From a virus (Duplodnaviria; Caudoviricetes), in the IMG/VR virus record IMGVR_UViG_3300021255_002485, positions 32,001 to 96,000 of that record: 64,000 bases of DNA. One strand, 5' to 3'. This document shows, one piece after another, positions 10,637 to 20,550 of the stretch. Position 1 is the stretch's first letter. Every line of letters begins with the position of its first letter. A program made the translations under genes and the position numbers. Below the pieces are notes generated by a model. The model was not told where the DNA came from. It saw only the letters and a list, made by a program, of their open reading frames with translations, and did no database searches.

Positions 10637-13600
10637 ATGAATTCTACAGTACAAGAATTAACATTAGGATTCTATAATGAAGCTGGCATATACACAGTTT
10701 ATGCTAAGCAAGGAGATACAAATCGGCAGCTTCATGTGCAGTTCGCGGATACTATTCAGCAGTATCTGCTTGAGGATGTTACATATGTTTATATAAAAGG
10801 AAAAACTTCTAATGGTACTATTTTGCCGCCAATTCTTATCCCTAATGACTGTATTTCAGAAGATAAGAGTGAAATGACATATACCATAGACTCTATTCTG
10901 CTTTCGGTTCCCGGAATAACGGAATGCGAAGTCTCAATTATGTCATGCGATGAAATGCCTGAGTTTGACGAAGAGGGAGTTTTAGTTAATGAAAACTATC
11001 AGATATTAACGACAGATACGTTTAATATTTATGTTGAAGCGAATGTCCAAAGTACAGGAGAACTAACTCCGTCAGAATCACAAATCATAAAACAATTGCT
11101 CCCCCTTGTTGTAGGTGCTCAACAATTAATTGATCACGACGCTATATATACCGCGAATGAGGAAATACGTACAGCAAATGAATTAACTCGAACGAATAAC
11201 GAAGTAGAGCGTGTAGATGCAGAAAACGAACGGAAGGAAACGGAAAATGAGCGTAATCGTGAAGAACAGCATAGAATCGCAAATGAGGGACGAGGAACGT
11301 ATCTCAATCCAGAAGACATTGATTATATAGATCAAGCTGGCGATTCTCAGACTGTACGATATCAAGATTCTCGCGTAGGTACAATGGAACGTATCAAAGC
11401 CATTAATGATGGTGGTTTTTATATCGACGATGATGGAACAATCGTAGAAATCAAAAATGAATACGTCAATTATGAGGGAGAAACGGTTGAAGCCGATTTA
11501 TCTGATTATGAAGGAATGTCTTATAAAGCTATTGCCGCTTCCATGGGTGATAGTGTTAAACAATCAGAGAAATATCATATTCTTGCTAAATCCTATGCCA
11601 ATGGAGATACGGGTATAGCAGAGCGTCCCGATGAAGACACGGATAATTCAATGTATTATTCGAAATTAGCGAAATCTTGGGCAGTTGGCGGAACGGGTAT
11701 TCGAGATGATGAAGATACAGATAGTGCTAAAGCACAGGCAGATCGAGCACAAACTATTTCTGACAATATAGATGGTTCTCTTAAACCAATGGGACCAATA
11801 CTATTTGAGAATTTACCGAATAATCCTCGTGTCGGATGGATGTATCAAGCAATGAATGACTTTGTAACCGACGACAGATTTATCGAGGGCGCGGGTGTAC
11901 AAGGTTATGTTGGTGATGAAATCTATTTTACAAATCAGAATAAATGGAGTGTCTTTTTAGGCAGAGCTGTTCGCGGTGTCAAAGGAGCTGCTGAAGACGA
12001 TTACCGCACAGGTGAAGTATCATTATCTGCTAAAAACGTGGGTGCAATTCCTGATGTTTCAGAAGATGCTATGATAGGACAAACTGTTATTTATGATGGA
12101 GAAGGTTGGGTTCCGGGCGATACAATGCCAGACGGTTTGTTAGACGGAAATGTTGAATTCACAGACCTTCAGATAGGTACTCGTGATACTACAATGTATT
12201 CTGATAATCCATTTACACTAACTAATGGTAGAGATCTATCAGTATTAGGTTATGCATCTCACGCTGAGGGCGATGCTACATGGACAGATGGAGCCTTTTC
12301 ACATGCTGAAGGAGTTAGCACAACAGCTAATGGAGAGGGTTCACATGCCGAGGGGATTGGAACTGTAGCCAGACAACCTTATCAACATGTAACCGGTATG
12401 TATAATAGTAATAAAATTGATACGCTGTTTGAGGTTGGTAATGGTAATTATGCACGAATAAAGCAAATTCAATCAGAAATCAGCGAATTAGACCCTGATG
12501 GTGACGCTGAAGCTATTGAGGATTTAAGAATTCAATTGAAAGAGCTTACTTCTACTTCTAATGCTTTCGAAGTTACTTCAGATGGTTATATAAGAACTAA
12601 AGGTGGAACTACTAAAATTGCTTTTGGTATTGACGCAAATGGCAATTATGGATATATAAAGGATGGTGCGGATACAGTCACCCCTTTTAAGAATCCTCAA
12701 GGAACAAAAACAGATACTATTACTACTGCCGGAACATTTACTTATGATGTGACCGATTATGCTAATCATCAGGTTGTTATTAAAGCTGCCGATCATATTA
12801 AGAAAATATGGTTTCCAAAAGGATTTAATAATTACAAATATACAGGGGATACCGAGACAGACATATATGCTTACAATTATCAAATGATTAGCTTAAAACG
12901 AATTGGTTATTTTAAGCAAGATGGAACAACCTATGCTCCATTACCGACGATTAGTGTGATTAATCGTCCAATGGCATATGTTGAAGATACGATTACCCAA
13001 AATAATTATCGAAGAATAATTCCGGTTTCATTTGGAAATATAATTATAGGTTGTTCAGCTAAAACTTTTTCTATTGAAGCTGAGTTATCCCCATCAAAAC
13101 TGTCAGTAAACCAAAAAACTATTACGTATTCAACCACATTAAACCATGCTATGCCATATAATATTACATCATACAATGCTCAGGTATGGTATACTTTGAT
13201 GTATGTTAGTCCGAATTTCTATGTTTTATTGTACTCTTGGGCTACAAACGCTTATTCGTTATCTCAGTTATTCTTTAAGTGTATTAGTATTGACCAACAA
13301 ACACTTAAACCTGCAATAACTCCTACGGCTGCTACTGCTTTTGCTGATGCAGTTGCTTCTACTGCTGCGGCTTTTGGTAATCAAAATAAGCAATTCTTTT
13401 CTATGTATCCGTTAATAGCGGCTTCCGATTGTGAAGAATTTGCGTTATTCCAAACAAAAGATATATATGGCACAGACAAAAATAAAACACAAAATAAATC
13501 AACAGTCACATATAAATATAATAACATGCTGAAGAAGGGGCAGACCGCATCACTTAGGTCGACAACATGGACTACTGTAGCCAATGCAGTTGATATGTTT

Positions 13601-14248
13601 AAAGATCCAAGTAATAAGCAAGCTGAAGCACAACTTATTCCATATTTAGGATTAAATTATTATCAACAGACAACCGCTACTAATGGTCTTGGAACTTCAT
13701 ATTACAACAATTTTGGTTCTTTATATGGAGCACCATTAGCTGAACAACAGAAAGACACCATAAATACTTTCTTAAACCTTTACAATGTTGTATGTGTTGG
13801 GACATTATCTAATGGATATTTGCTTTGCTTAAAATATGTTATGTATAATGACTCTTCTGCTTCAGCATTAAATATTAAGCATATTTATGGTTTTCTCGCT
13901 AAAACAAATAGAGCCACACGTCGTTTAGAATTAGCACCTATCGGAAAATATATTGAAAATAAGTATCTGAATACTGATTATATGACGCTATTTGAAATTG
14001 TAACTCCAACTGATGCTCCTATTTTGCTCGACGGTGATATTTTAGCTGTTCCAAACGCTTCCTCTGCATATTTATATCATGTTTATATTGATGAAAATGC
14101 AAATTCCGGTGCCAGAGTCAAATATCTTAAAACTGTTGAAGCAGATCGTTGGTACTACTTTAATTCCTGGAATAATCATTTAAATACTAATTTCTGGCAG
14201 AATCATGATATGTCGGTAGCAAATGGATATATTGTTGAATATGCATAA
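10637..14248 (+). CDS. Baseplate upper (BppU-like N-terminus) / tail fibre with YadA/Hep_Hag-like SHAEG repeats
   Basis: YAKQGDTNRQL N-terminus, an E/R coiled segment, AKSWAVGGTG, three SHAEG repeats, variable C-terminal domain. Confidence 0.7.
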   Translation: MNSTVQELTLGFYNEAGIYTVYAKQGDTNRQLHVQFADTIQQYLLEDVTYVYIKGKTSNGTILPPILIPNDCISEDKSEMTYTIDSILLSVPGITECEVSIMSCDEMPEFDEEGVLVNENYQILTTDTFNIYVEANVQSTGELTPSESQIIKQLLPLVVGAQQLIDHDAIYTANEEIRTANELTRTNNEVERVDAENERKETENERNREEQHRIANEGRGTYLNPEDIDYIDQAGDSQTVRYQDSRVGTMERIKAINDGGFYIDDDGTIVEIKNEYVNYEGETVEADLSDYEGMSYKAIAASMGDSVKQSEKYHILAKSYANGDTGIAERPDEDTDNSMYYSKLAKSWAVGGTGIRDDEDTDSAKAQADRAQTISDNIDGSLKPMGPILFENLPNNPRVGWMYQAMNDFVTDDRFIEGAGVQGYVGDEIYFTNQNKWSVFLGRAVRGVKGAAEDDYRTGEVSLSAKNVGAIPDVSEDAMIGQTVIYDGEGWVPGDTMPDGLLDGNVEFTDLQIGTRDTTMYSDNPFTLTNGRDLSVLGYASHAEGDATWTDGAFSHAEGVSTTANGEGSHAEGIGTVARQPYQHVTGMYNSNKIDTLFEVGNGNYARIKQIQSEISELDPDGDAEAIEDLRIQLKELTSTSNAFEVTSDGYIRTKGGTTKIAFGIDANGNYGYIKDGADTVTPFKNPQGTKTDTITTAGTFTYDVTDYANHQVVIKAADHIKKIWFPKGFNNYKYTGDTETDIYAYNYQMISLKRIGYFKQDGTTYAPLPTISVINRPMAYVEDTITQNNYRRIIPVSFGNIIIGCSAKTFSIEAELSPSKLSVNQKTITYSTTLNHAMPYNITSYNAQVWYTLMYVSPNFYVLLYSWATNAYSLSQLFFKCISIDQQTLKPAITPTAATAFADAVASTAAAFGNQNKQFFSMYPLIAASDCEEFALFQTKDIYGTDKNKTQNKSTVTYKYNNMLKKGQTASLRSTTWTTVANAVDMFKDPSNKQAEAQLIPYLGLNYYQQTTATNGLGTSYYNNFGSLYGAPLAEQQKDTINTFLNLYNVVCVGTLSNGYLLCLKYVMYNDSSASALNIKHIYGFLAKTNRATRRLELAPIGKYIENKYLNTDYMTLFEIVTPTDAPILLDGDILAVPNASSAYLYHVYIDENANSGARVKYLKTVEADRWYYFNSWNNHLNTNFWQNHDMSVANGYIVEYA

Positions 14249-14258
14249 AGGAGGTATC

Positions 14259-14453
14259 ATGGCACATATAACTGAAGCATATATTACAATTCACAAGACA
14301 TTTAATACAAACGAGACACAGGATGATCCTCAGTTTTGGTCAGATAATATGATTCAAAAATATCTGACGGAACATGCGATAAGTCCTGATGATGTCGAAA
14401 CAGTTACGGCATCTGTAGAAACTTTCGATTCCGATGAAACTTCAGAAGAATAA
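14259..14453 (+). CDS. Small acidic tail-fibre-associated protein
   Basis: AGGAGG RBS before the ATG at 14259; follows the fibre gene. Confidence 0.55.
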   Translation: MAHITEAYITIHKTFNTNETQDDPQFWSDNMIQKYLTEHAISPDDVETVTASVETFDSDETSEE

Positions 14454-14459
14454 TAGACA

Positions 14460-14488
14460 AGGAGACGCAATCAGCGTCTCCTGTTTTG
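14460..14488 (+). terminator. Rho-independent terminator
   Basis: AGGAGACGC-aatca-GCGTCTCCT followed by GTTTT. Confidence 0.65.
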
Positions 14489-14536
14489 TATCATAATAGG
14501 TTTCTTTGGAATTATTTTATGAAAAGGACTAAAGAT

Positions 14537-14808
14537 TTCAGTAACCCACGACTGAAGTCGTGGGATTGTTAGAAACCACTACATAGTGGTGACAATCCCA
14601 ATGCTGAATAGCCTAAATCCTACGAGGACTACGTTAAGAGAGAATATATAGGCACTTTGGAATGTATAGCCAAGTTCCGAACACTGCGGTCAGTGATTAA
14701 ACAATTCTGTTGGGTAGGGATAGTGTTGCTGATAAAAACCTCTCATTAACATTGGCGATGGCTACCTAACCACTCTTCGGAGTGAGTAATTAAAATAATC
14801 GAAAGGAG
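14537..14808 (+). ncRNA. HEARO / IscB omegaRNA scaffold (IS200/IS605 end), orphan with no iscB ORF
   Basis: TCAGTAACCCACGACTGAAGTCGTGGG terminal hairpin followed in order by GACTACGTT, ATAGGCAC, GGAATGT..CCAAGTTCC, CACTGCG, GATTAAACA, AAAACC, AACATTGGCGATGG and an AAAGGAG RBS, matching the HEARO layout as recalled. Confidence 0.85.
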
Positions 14809-14822
14809 TATATGATGATTTT

Positions 14823-15206
14823 ATGATTAAATATACAAGAACAACAGCGGATAAACTTGATACCGTTCCTTTGATAGACGGACAAGTAATAACCGTTTTA
14901 GATGGAGATAATTATATCCAATATTATGATTTTTATGATTCCAATTCTAATACCGTAATCAGAAGAACTGCCAAATCAAGCGGTAGCGGTCATACTATCC
15001 TCAACGGCTCCGGCACGTCAATGACGCAGAGAAGCAATCTGCAATTCAGCGGCGGTCTTACAACGTCAGATGATAGCACCAATGGCAAGACGGTAGTATC
15101 TGTAGATGTGACTAATCAGATAACACAGTCAGAAACCAAACCCGTATCATCAGGTGCGGTATATACAGCTATAGGCAATATAGAAACACTATTAGCAAGT
15201 ATTTGA
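14823..15206 (+). CDS. Tail fibre/adaptor protein
   Basis: N-terminus resembles ORF 20551 (DKL...GQ.I.V.D); GHTILNGSGTSMTQRSNLQF and KPVSSGAVY fibre-type motifs. Confidence 0.6.
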   Translation: MIKYTRTTADKLDTVPLIDGQVITVLDGDNYIQYYDFYDSNSNTVIRRTAKSSGSGHTILNGSGTSMTQRSNLQFSGGLTTSDDSTNGKTVVSVDVTNQITQSETKPVSSGAVYTAIGNIETLLASI

Positions 15207-15216
15207 GAGGTGGATC

Positions 15217-16206
15217 ATGAGTATATCAAGTGAAATAAGCAGAATAACCACCGACAGAAATAACATTCGCGCGAAACTTGTAGATATGAGCCTTGCTACA
15301 TCTACAGATGATTTAGATGCACTTACAGAAGCAATACAAGGAATATCTAATCAAGGTGCGAAAACAGCAAGTTTAGATGCTTCAAATACCTCTTATACTA
15401 TTCCGCAAGGTTATCATAATGGTAATGGTAGGGTGAGTGTATCAACTCAAACCAAATCAGCTACACCATCAACATCGGCGCAGACCATATCACCCGATAG
15501 CGGAAAACTATTATCAAGTGTTACTGTAGATGCCATGAACTTGCAGAATAAGACCGTAACACCTACATCATCACAGCAGATTATTACCGCTGATAGTGGA
15601 TATGACGGGTTAGACGAGGTAACTGTAGAAGCAGGTGGAACTGTTCATACAGATACTTATAATCCTGCTGTTAATACATCAGCTAATGATATGGGTGCGT
15701 CACATAAGTATAGATATGTTAATACAAGCGGAATGATAAAGCCGAGTGGAACTACAAGTGCAAACTATACCACCAATGGTACATCCACGGTTAATGTAAA
15801 GAACTATGAGAATATCAGTATTACAAGAAACATCAGTGCGAGTTTGTCAAGGACTAAATTATGGGAAAATAGTAAACCAGATACAGCTTTTAATGCTCAA
15901 ACTGTAACTCTAGCTCAATCCATAGCAAACTTTCAATATATAGAAATAGAATGGCGGGCTAGATATACTACAATTTCAAATATTACTTCATCTGTAATAC
16001 TAAGGTTGGCTGATTTTAAAAAAACTGCTAATGCACAAAATAACCCCGCGATTGGTATGCTTTATAATCATTCTGGCCCAATATATTGCAGAAGAGCGCA
16101 TTACGTTAGCGATACGCAAGTAAATTTTTCTATTGCGTATGCATTAAATACAGCATCGTCAGCTAATCATATAATATTACCATTACATATTTATGGGCTT
16201 AAGTAA
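15217..16206 (+). CDS. Tail fibre / receptor-binding protein
   Basis: Two TPS..QTI.PDSG / TPT..QII.ADSG repeats, YTIPQGYHNG, S/T-rich with a variable C-terminus. Confidence 0.6.
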   Translation: MSISSEISRITTDRNNIRAKLVDMSLATSTDDLDALTEAIQGISNQGAKTASLDASNTSYTIPQGYHNGNGRVSVSTQTKSATPSTSAQTISPDSGKLLSSVTVDAMNLQNKTVTPTSSQQIITADSGYDGLDEVTVEAGGTVHTDTYNPAVNTSANDMGASHKYRYVNTSGMIKPSGTTSANYTTNGTSTVNVKNYENISITRNISASLSRTKLWENSKPDTAFNAQTVTLAQSIANFQYIEIEWRARYTTISNITSSVILRLADFKKTANAQNNPAIGMLYNHSGPIYCRRAHYVSDTQVNFSIAYALNTASSANHIILPLHIYGLK

Positions 16207-16221
16207 AGGAGGAAAATAAAA

Positions 16222-16443
16222 ATGAAATACTATGTACTTGAAATCACAACTGTAAATGGAGAAACAGCAAAAGCAGTATGGGAATTTGATAATATCACAG
16301 ATGCTAAATCAAGATATTATGGAATACTCTCGTCAGCTTATGCTAATCCTAATCTCACTTATGCACTTGTTCAGATAATCAATGATATTGGTTATTGTGA
16401 GGTAATGGAGAGGATACCGATAGCTACTGATGAGGTAGAGTAA
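16222..16443 (+). CDS. Small protein following the fibre gene (chaperone-like)
   Basis: Strong AAGGAGG RBS; 73 aa. Confidence 0.55.
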   Translation: MKYYVLEITTVNGETAKAVWEFDNITDAKSRYYGILSSAYANPNLTYALVQIINDIGYCEVMERIPIATDEVE

Positions 16444-16464
16444 ATTCATCGGAGATAAACTCAA

Positions 16465-16848
16465 ATGAATTATAATAAAGCAAAAGAATATGCCAAAAGA
16501 CATGCTGATCGAGTAAAACAACGACAAAATCTCAAAGCATTATGGCATAAAAATGATAAAGAGAAAAAGCCGTGGACTTTTACAAAAAAGCTCACGGCTT
16601 TTCTTATTGCAAATTGTTTAGTAATTGAAATCTATTCTTTAGTAACTATGTGGCACTTTATGGATATTTCTGCTCTTGCCGCTCTTATTGCAGCTGTGGT
16701 CGGAGAATGTATCTGTATGTGTGCTTACGTAGTCAAATCTACTATCGAAAATAAAGTTGGTGGAATTACCTACGAAACTGCTATGAAAGACGGATTTCAT
16801 TTGCCAAACGAAATGAGCGAAAAGGAAAAAAATGAAGCCGCTGGCTAG
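16465..16848 (+). CDS. Holin-like membrane protein
   Basis: Two hydrophobic helices, basic N-terminus, upstream of the endolysin. Confidence 0.6.
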   Translation: MNYNKAKEYAKRHADRVKQRQNLKALWHKNDKEKKPWTFTKKLTAFLIANCLVIEIYSLVTMWHFMDISALAALIAAVVGECICMCAYVVKSTIENKVGGITYETAMKDGFHLPNEMSEKEKNEAAG

Positions 16849-16862
16849 AAAGGAGAATCAGA

Positions 16863-17612
16863 TTGATAATAGATTTTCAGGCTGTATCAGCGAGTGAATT
16901 TGCAAAAATGACCAAAGATCCACATGTGTTCTATTTAGTAACGTCCGATGCTTCTTTAGAAGCGGGATTATATAAATTAGATGGTACATATGTGCCTTGG
17001 AAAGATTTAGTAGATCAGAAACTAGTTGATGTATCATTTTATACTTATGGTAACTATGCATATAGTCGTAATGACGAACAATTACAAGGAATTTTAGTAT
17101 TCCCAGATACTATAAAAGGTATTTCAAAGGATGGATTTTCTGGTTGTGCATATTTGACAGCAGTTTATTTATCAGATTCTATGGAGGCTATTGGCCAATA
17201 TGGTTTTTATGGTTGTACTAGTTTAGCAGAAGTACACTTTGCAACTAATACTTCAATTAACGATTATGCATTTAGATATTGTTCTAGTCTGACTTCAATA
17301 GAAATTCCAAATACCATTATACCTAAATACGCTTTTGGTAATTGTAGCAATTTGAATTCTGTTATATTTTCATCAAATTTGCAAAGAATACAAGAAGGTG
17401 CTTTTGAAGACTGCATTTCATTAACTTCTATTGATTTACCGTCAACAATACAAAGATTTGATCAGTGGGTGTTTGCTCGTTGTACTAGTCTAAAAATAAT
17501 TAATTATGCAGGAACAAAACAACAATGGAATAGTATTCTAAAACTAAATGAATGGGCATATGGAACTCCGTCACCTATAGTTCATTGTTCGGACGGAGAT
17601 ATTCAGTTATAA
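16863..17612 (+). CDS. BspA/TpLRR-type leucine-rich repeat protein
   Basis: Repeated I...AF..C.SL.SI.IP motifs and terminal YAGTKQQWNSI...VHCSDG. Confidence 0.85.
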   Translation: MIIDFQAVSASEFAKMTKDPHVFYLVTSDASLEAGLYKLDGTYVPWKDLVDQKLVDVSFYTYGNYAYSRNDEQLQGILVFPDTIKGISKDGFSGCAYLTAVYLSDSMEAIGQYGFYGCTSLAEVHFATNTSINDYAFRYCSSLTSIEIPNTIIPKYAFGNCSNLNSVIFSSNLQRIQEGAFEDCISLTSIDLPSTIQRFDQWVFARCTSLKIINYAGTKQQWNSILKLNEWAYGTPSPIVHCSDGDIQL

Positions 17613-17630
17613 GAATAGGAGGTACAGCTT

Positions 17631-19007
17631 ATGTCGATAAAAATAGGTCATGCCTCTATAGCAGATAATGGTAAAGTATCCGGTGGAATACCGGGTGATC
17701 AGACCAAAGCCGAAGTATGTATAAGGAAATGGTATAATAAGCCGTGGAGCGTTATGCTTCGTCCTGTTAATGAAGAAATAGCCGAAAAATCAGCAAAAGC
17801 TTGTGAAGCAGGCTGTGCTAATGATTTTATAGGTTATTCACAAGCAAAACGAAACACGTTACATACACAGGCGATAATTGCCAATTATGATTTATCTAAA
17901 ATATCCGTTCCTTGCGAAACAGATTGTTCAGCTTTTATGACGGTATGTGCTATAGCGGGTGGAGTAAAGGAACTCGAATATACGGGGAATGCTCCGACTA
18001 CGAGCACAATGGTAGATATTTTTACGAAGACAGGTAAGTATAAGAGTTATACAGATAGTAAATATTTGACGAGCGACAAATATCTCAAACGTGGAGATAT
18101 TCTTGTTAAGCCCGGTTCTCATGCTGTCATGGTGATAGAGAATGGAACTAACATTTCTGAAAAGAATACTAACATTTCTTCACTCTCCTATCCTTGTAAG
18201 GGTATAGACGTTGCTGCGTGGCAAACAGGATTGGACTATAACAAACTGAAACAAGGTGGCGTTCAATTTGCAATTTTAAAGATTATTCGTAAAGATGGAA
18301 ATCCCGATGGACAATTCGAGAATCATTATAAGGGTTTTACACAAGCAGGGATTCCTGTCGTCGGTGTGTATAATTACGTATATTCCGTAAATGTTGAATC
18401 TGCTAAAATAACCGCCCAAAAGGTTATAAGAATATTAAACGGAAGAAAACTTCCTGTTTGCATGGATGTAGAAGATAAATGTTTACAAGGTTTAGGGGAA
18501 CGACTGATAGATATAATCAATGGATATCAAGAAGTAGTGAAAGGCGCAGGTCTTCCATTTGTTTTATATACGGGTATGTCGTTCTGGAATTCATATATTA
18601 AGCCATATCAAGCCAAGCTGAGGAGCAAGAATAATTGGATAGCGAGATATTACAACGGATACAACGAAATGAATATATCTCAAACTCCCAATAATAAATA
18701 TAAGCCAACTATGCCGAATTTAGCAGGTTGGCAATATACATCTTCGTTAGCTATTTCTGGTAGCCCCGGAAGACTTGATGGAGATATTTTATATTCTTCT
18801 TTACAAAATCGTGTTGCTGATAAACAACAACGCGGTATTGTTAAAGCGAACACTCTTCGTGTTCGAGAGCAACCTAATACAAATTGTGCAACCCTCGGAT
18901 ATCTAAAACGAGGTGAAATGGTATATATCACTAGCACCGATCCTCAAACCGGATGGTATAACATCGGGAGTGGTTGGGTTTCTAATGTATATATAGATTT
19001 AGTCTAA
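17631..19007 (+). CDS. Endolysin: NlpC/P60-CHAP-like peptidase + GH25 muramidase + SH3b
   Basis: ETDCSAF...GDILVKPGSHAVMV; GIDVAAWQ...DVED...WIARY...WQYTS; LRVREQPNT...GWY. Confidence 0.85.
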   Translation: MSIKIGHASIADNGKVSGGIPGDQTKAEVCIRKWYNKPWSVMLRPVNEEIAEKSAKACEAGCANDFIGYSQAKRNTLHTQAIIANYDLSKISVPCETDCSAFMTVCAIAGGVKELEYTGNAPTTSTMVDIFTKTGKYKSYTDSKYLTSDKYLKRGDILVKPGSHAVMVIENGTNISEKNTNISSLSYPCKGIDVAAWQTGLDYNKLKQGGVQFAILKIIRKDGNPDGQFENHYKGFTQAGIPVVGVYNYVYSVNVESAKITAQKVIRILNGRKLPVCMDVEDKCLQGLGERLIDIINGYQEVVKGAGLPFVLYTGMSFWNSYIKPYQAKLRSKNNWIARYYNGYNEMNISQTPNNKYKPTMPNLAGWQYTSSLAISGSPGRLDGDILYSSLQNRVADKQQRGIVKANTLRVREQPNTNCATLGYLKRGEMVYITSTDPQTGWYNIGSGWVSNVYIDLV

Positions 19008-19032
19008 TTACTCAAGAAAGGAGGATACGGCG

Positions 19033-19701
19033 ATGCTAACAATCAAGATGCTTTCGGATAAATCACTTGTAATTACACAGCCCGTCAATCTCTATCAGAG
19101 GCAGAGTTTAGTAGATAATATGCAAATATTGATTAAACCCGACTTCAATGGCATTGATCTTACTAATTATACTGCCACCTTGGAGTGGATTGACCCCGCT
19201 AATGTAGCTCATATAGAGATACTGAATAAGGACGAAGAATTATATAATGACCAATTCTTGCGTTATACGCTTGACGTAGATTCTAAATTTACGTATATGG
19301 CTGGGGATAATACAATGAAAGTCACGCTTTCGTATAGTGATGAATCTGAAGGCAAGAAATATGTGCTTAAAACGGGCGAAGTGGTCGTGAAAGTACTTAA
19401 GCTTAACGATTATTTTGTTTATGCAGACGAAAGTAGCATGACAAGCATCGATAACAAGATTATGGAATTACAGACACAAGCAGATAAGATTGCGGCTGTG
19501 GCTGGAATATACGCAGAAAGCGTTCCAGATGATGTACAGATGGACGATAATGCATTACTTCAGCTTTCAATCAATGGAACTCCCATTGGTAATGGTGTTC
19601 AGCTTGCAAGTGCAGTGGATGAAGATGACGGAAAGGATGATGGAGTCATTGACCTCGATGACTCTGAAGAAGTAGAAACAGTGGCTATTATAGATTTATA
19701 A
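19033..19701 (+). CDS. BppU-like structural protein
   Basis: Beta-rich N-terminus (IDLTNYTATLEW), acidic tail, strong RBS. Confidence 0.5.
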   Translation: MLTIKMLSDKSLVITQPVNLYQRQSLVDNMQILIKPDFNGIDLTNYTATLEWIDPANVAHIEILNKDEELYNDQFLRYTLDVDSKFTYMAGDNTMKVTLSYSDESEGKKYVLKTGEVVVKVLKLNDYFVYADESSMTSIDNKIMELQTQADKIAAVAGIYAESVPDDVQMDDNALLQLSINGTPIGNGVQLASAVDEDDGKDDGVIDLDDSEEVETVAIIDL

Positions 19702-19714
19702 GAAAGGAGAAAAC

Positions 19715-20536
19715 ATGGCGAAGATTAAGCAAGCGATTCCCGCTTTCTGTCGCGGTAAAGAAGAAGCACTTATAGCCGCGATATCTGAGGGTGGACGTTT
19801 TTATCCTTTGAATAGAATCATATGGTGCTGGATTTCAGAGGGTGACAGAAAAGGACAACTTGCTATGGTCACCCCCTCTTTAATAGAGGGCGAAGATCCG
19901 ATTGTTGAGTATATGGTCGGAGACAATTCAGAGCAAGTTCAAGTTGTCGAAACTCTTCCGTCTGAGGTAACCGCAGAAACAAACGTTCTGTATATTGTCG
20001 GTAATGCAGGATATGTTTATAACGGAACGAAATTTGTGAAACTGTTCGATATGACTCAAATGTCAGATTTAGAGGTTAGTATTGATTCGCTCCGTACTGA
20101 TTTTACGGATTTTACTGTTACCTTATCTACATGGCAAGAGGCAGCTGAACAGGACATTTCAAATTTGCTTGACAGCGTAACTATCCTTAACAATAAATCT
20201 GATGAATACGAGGAACGTATTCGGGCTAATGCAACAGGTATCGACGGATTAACTACGAGAGTTGACAGCATAGATACTGATATTACTGATATTCGAAACG
20301 AAATCTCTGATATTGATAGTAGAATACAAGGCTTGCAAGAGCAGGATACTGAATTTGCTCAATCCATTGCGACTATAAGATCCGATTTAACCGCTCTTCA
20401 AGAGCGTGTCACAACGGTCGAAAATGACGTTTCTGAATTAAAGGATACATTACAAAATGACTATATGGATACTCCAGCAACAAATCTCGCTATAAATCAA
20501 GCTGTAGCGAGTGCTATGGAACTTATTGATTTTTAA
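19715..20536 (+). CDS. Coiled-coil structural protein (fibre/adaptor)
   Basis: QVVETLPS...NVLYIV motif followed by long heptad repeats. Confidence 0.5.
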   Translation: MAKIKQAIPAFCRGKEEALIAAISEGGRFYPLNRIIWCWISEGDRKGQLAMVTPSLIEGEDPIVEYMVGDNSEQVQVVETLPSEVTAETNVLYIVGNAGYVYNGTKFVKLFDMTQMSDLEVSIDSLRTDFTDFTVTLSTWQEAAEQDISNLLDSVTILNNKSDEYEERIRANATGIDGLTTRVDSIDTDITDIRNEISDIDSRIQGLQEQDTEFAQSIATIRSDLTALQERVTTVENDVSELKDTLQNDYMDTPATNLAINQAVASAMELIDF

Positions 20537-20550
20537 GGAGGAGATTTATC

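Noticed and set aside
14809-15206. iscB or tnpB ORF after the omegaRNA
   Set aside because: No PLMP, RuvC or HNH motifs; the ORF resembles phage fibre adaptors
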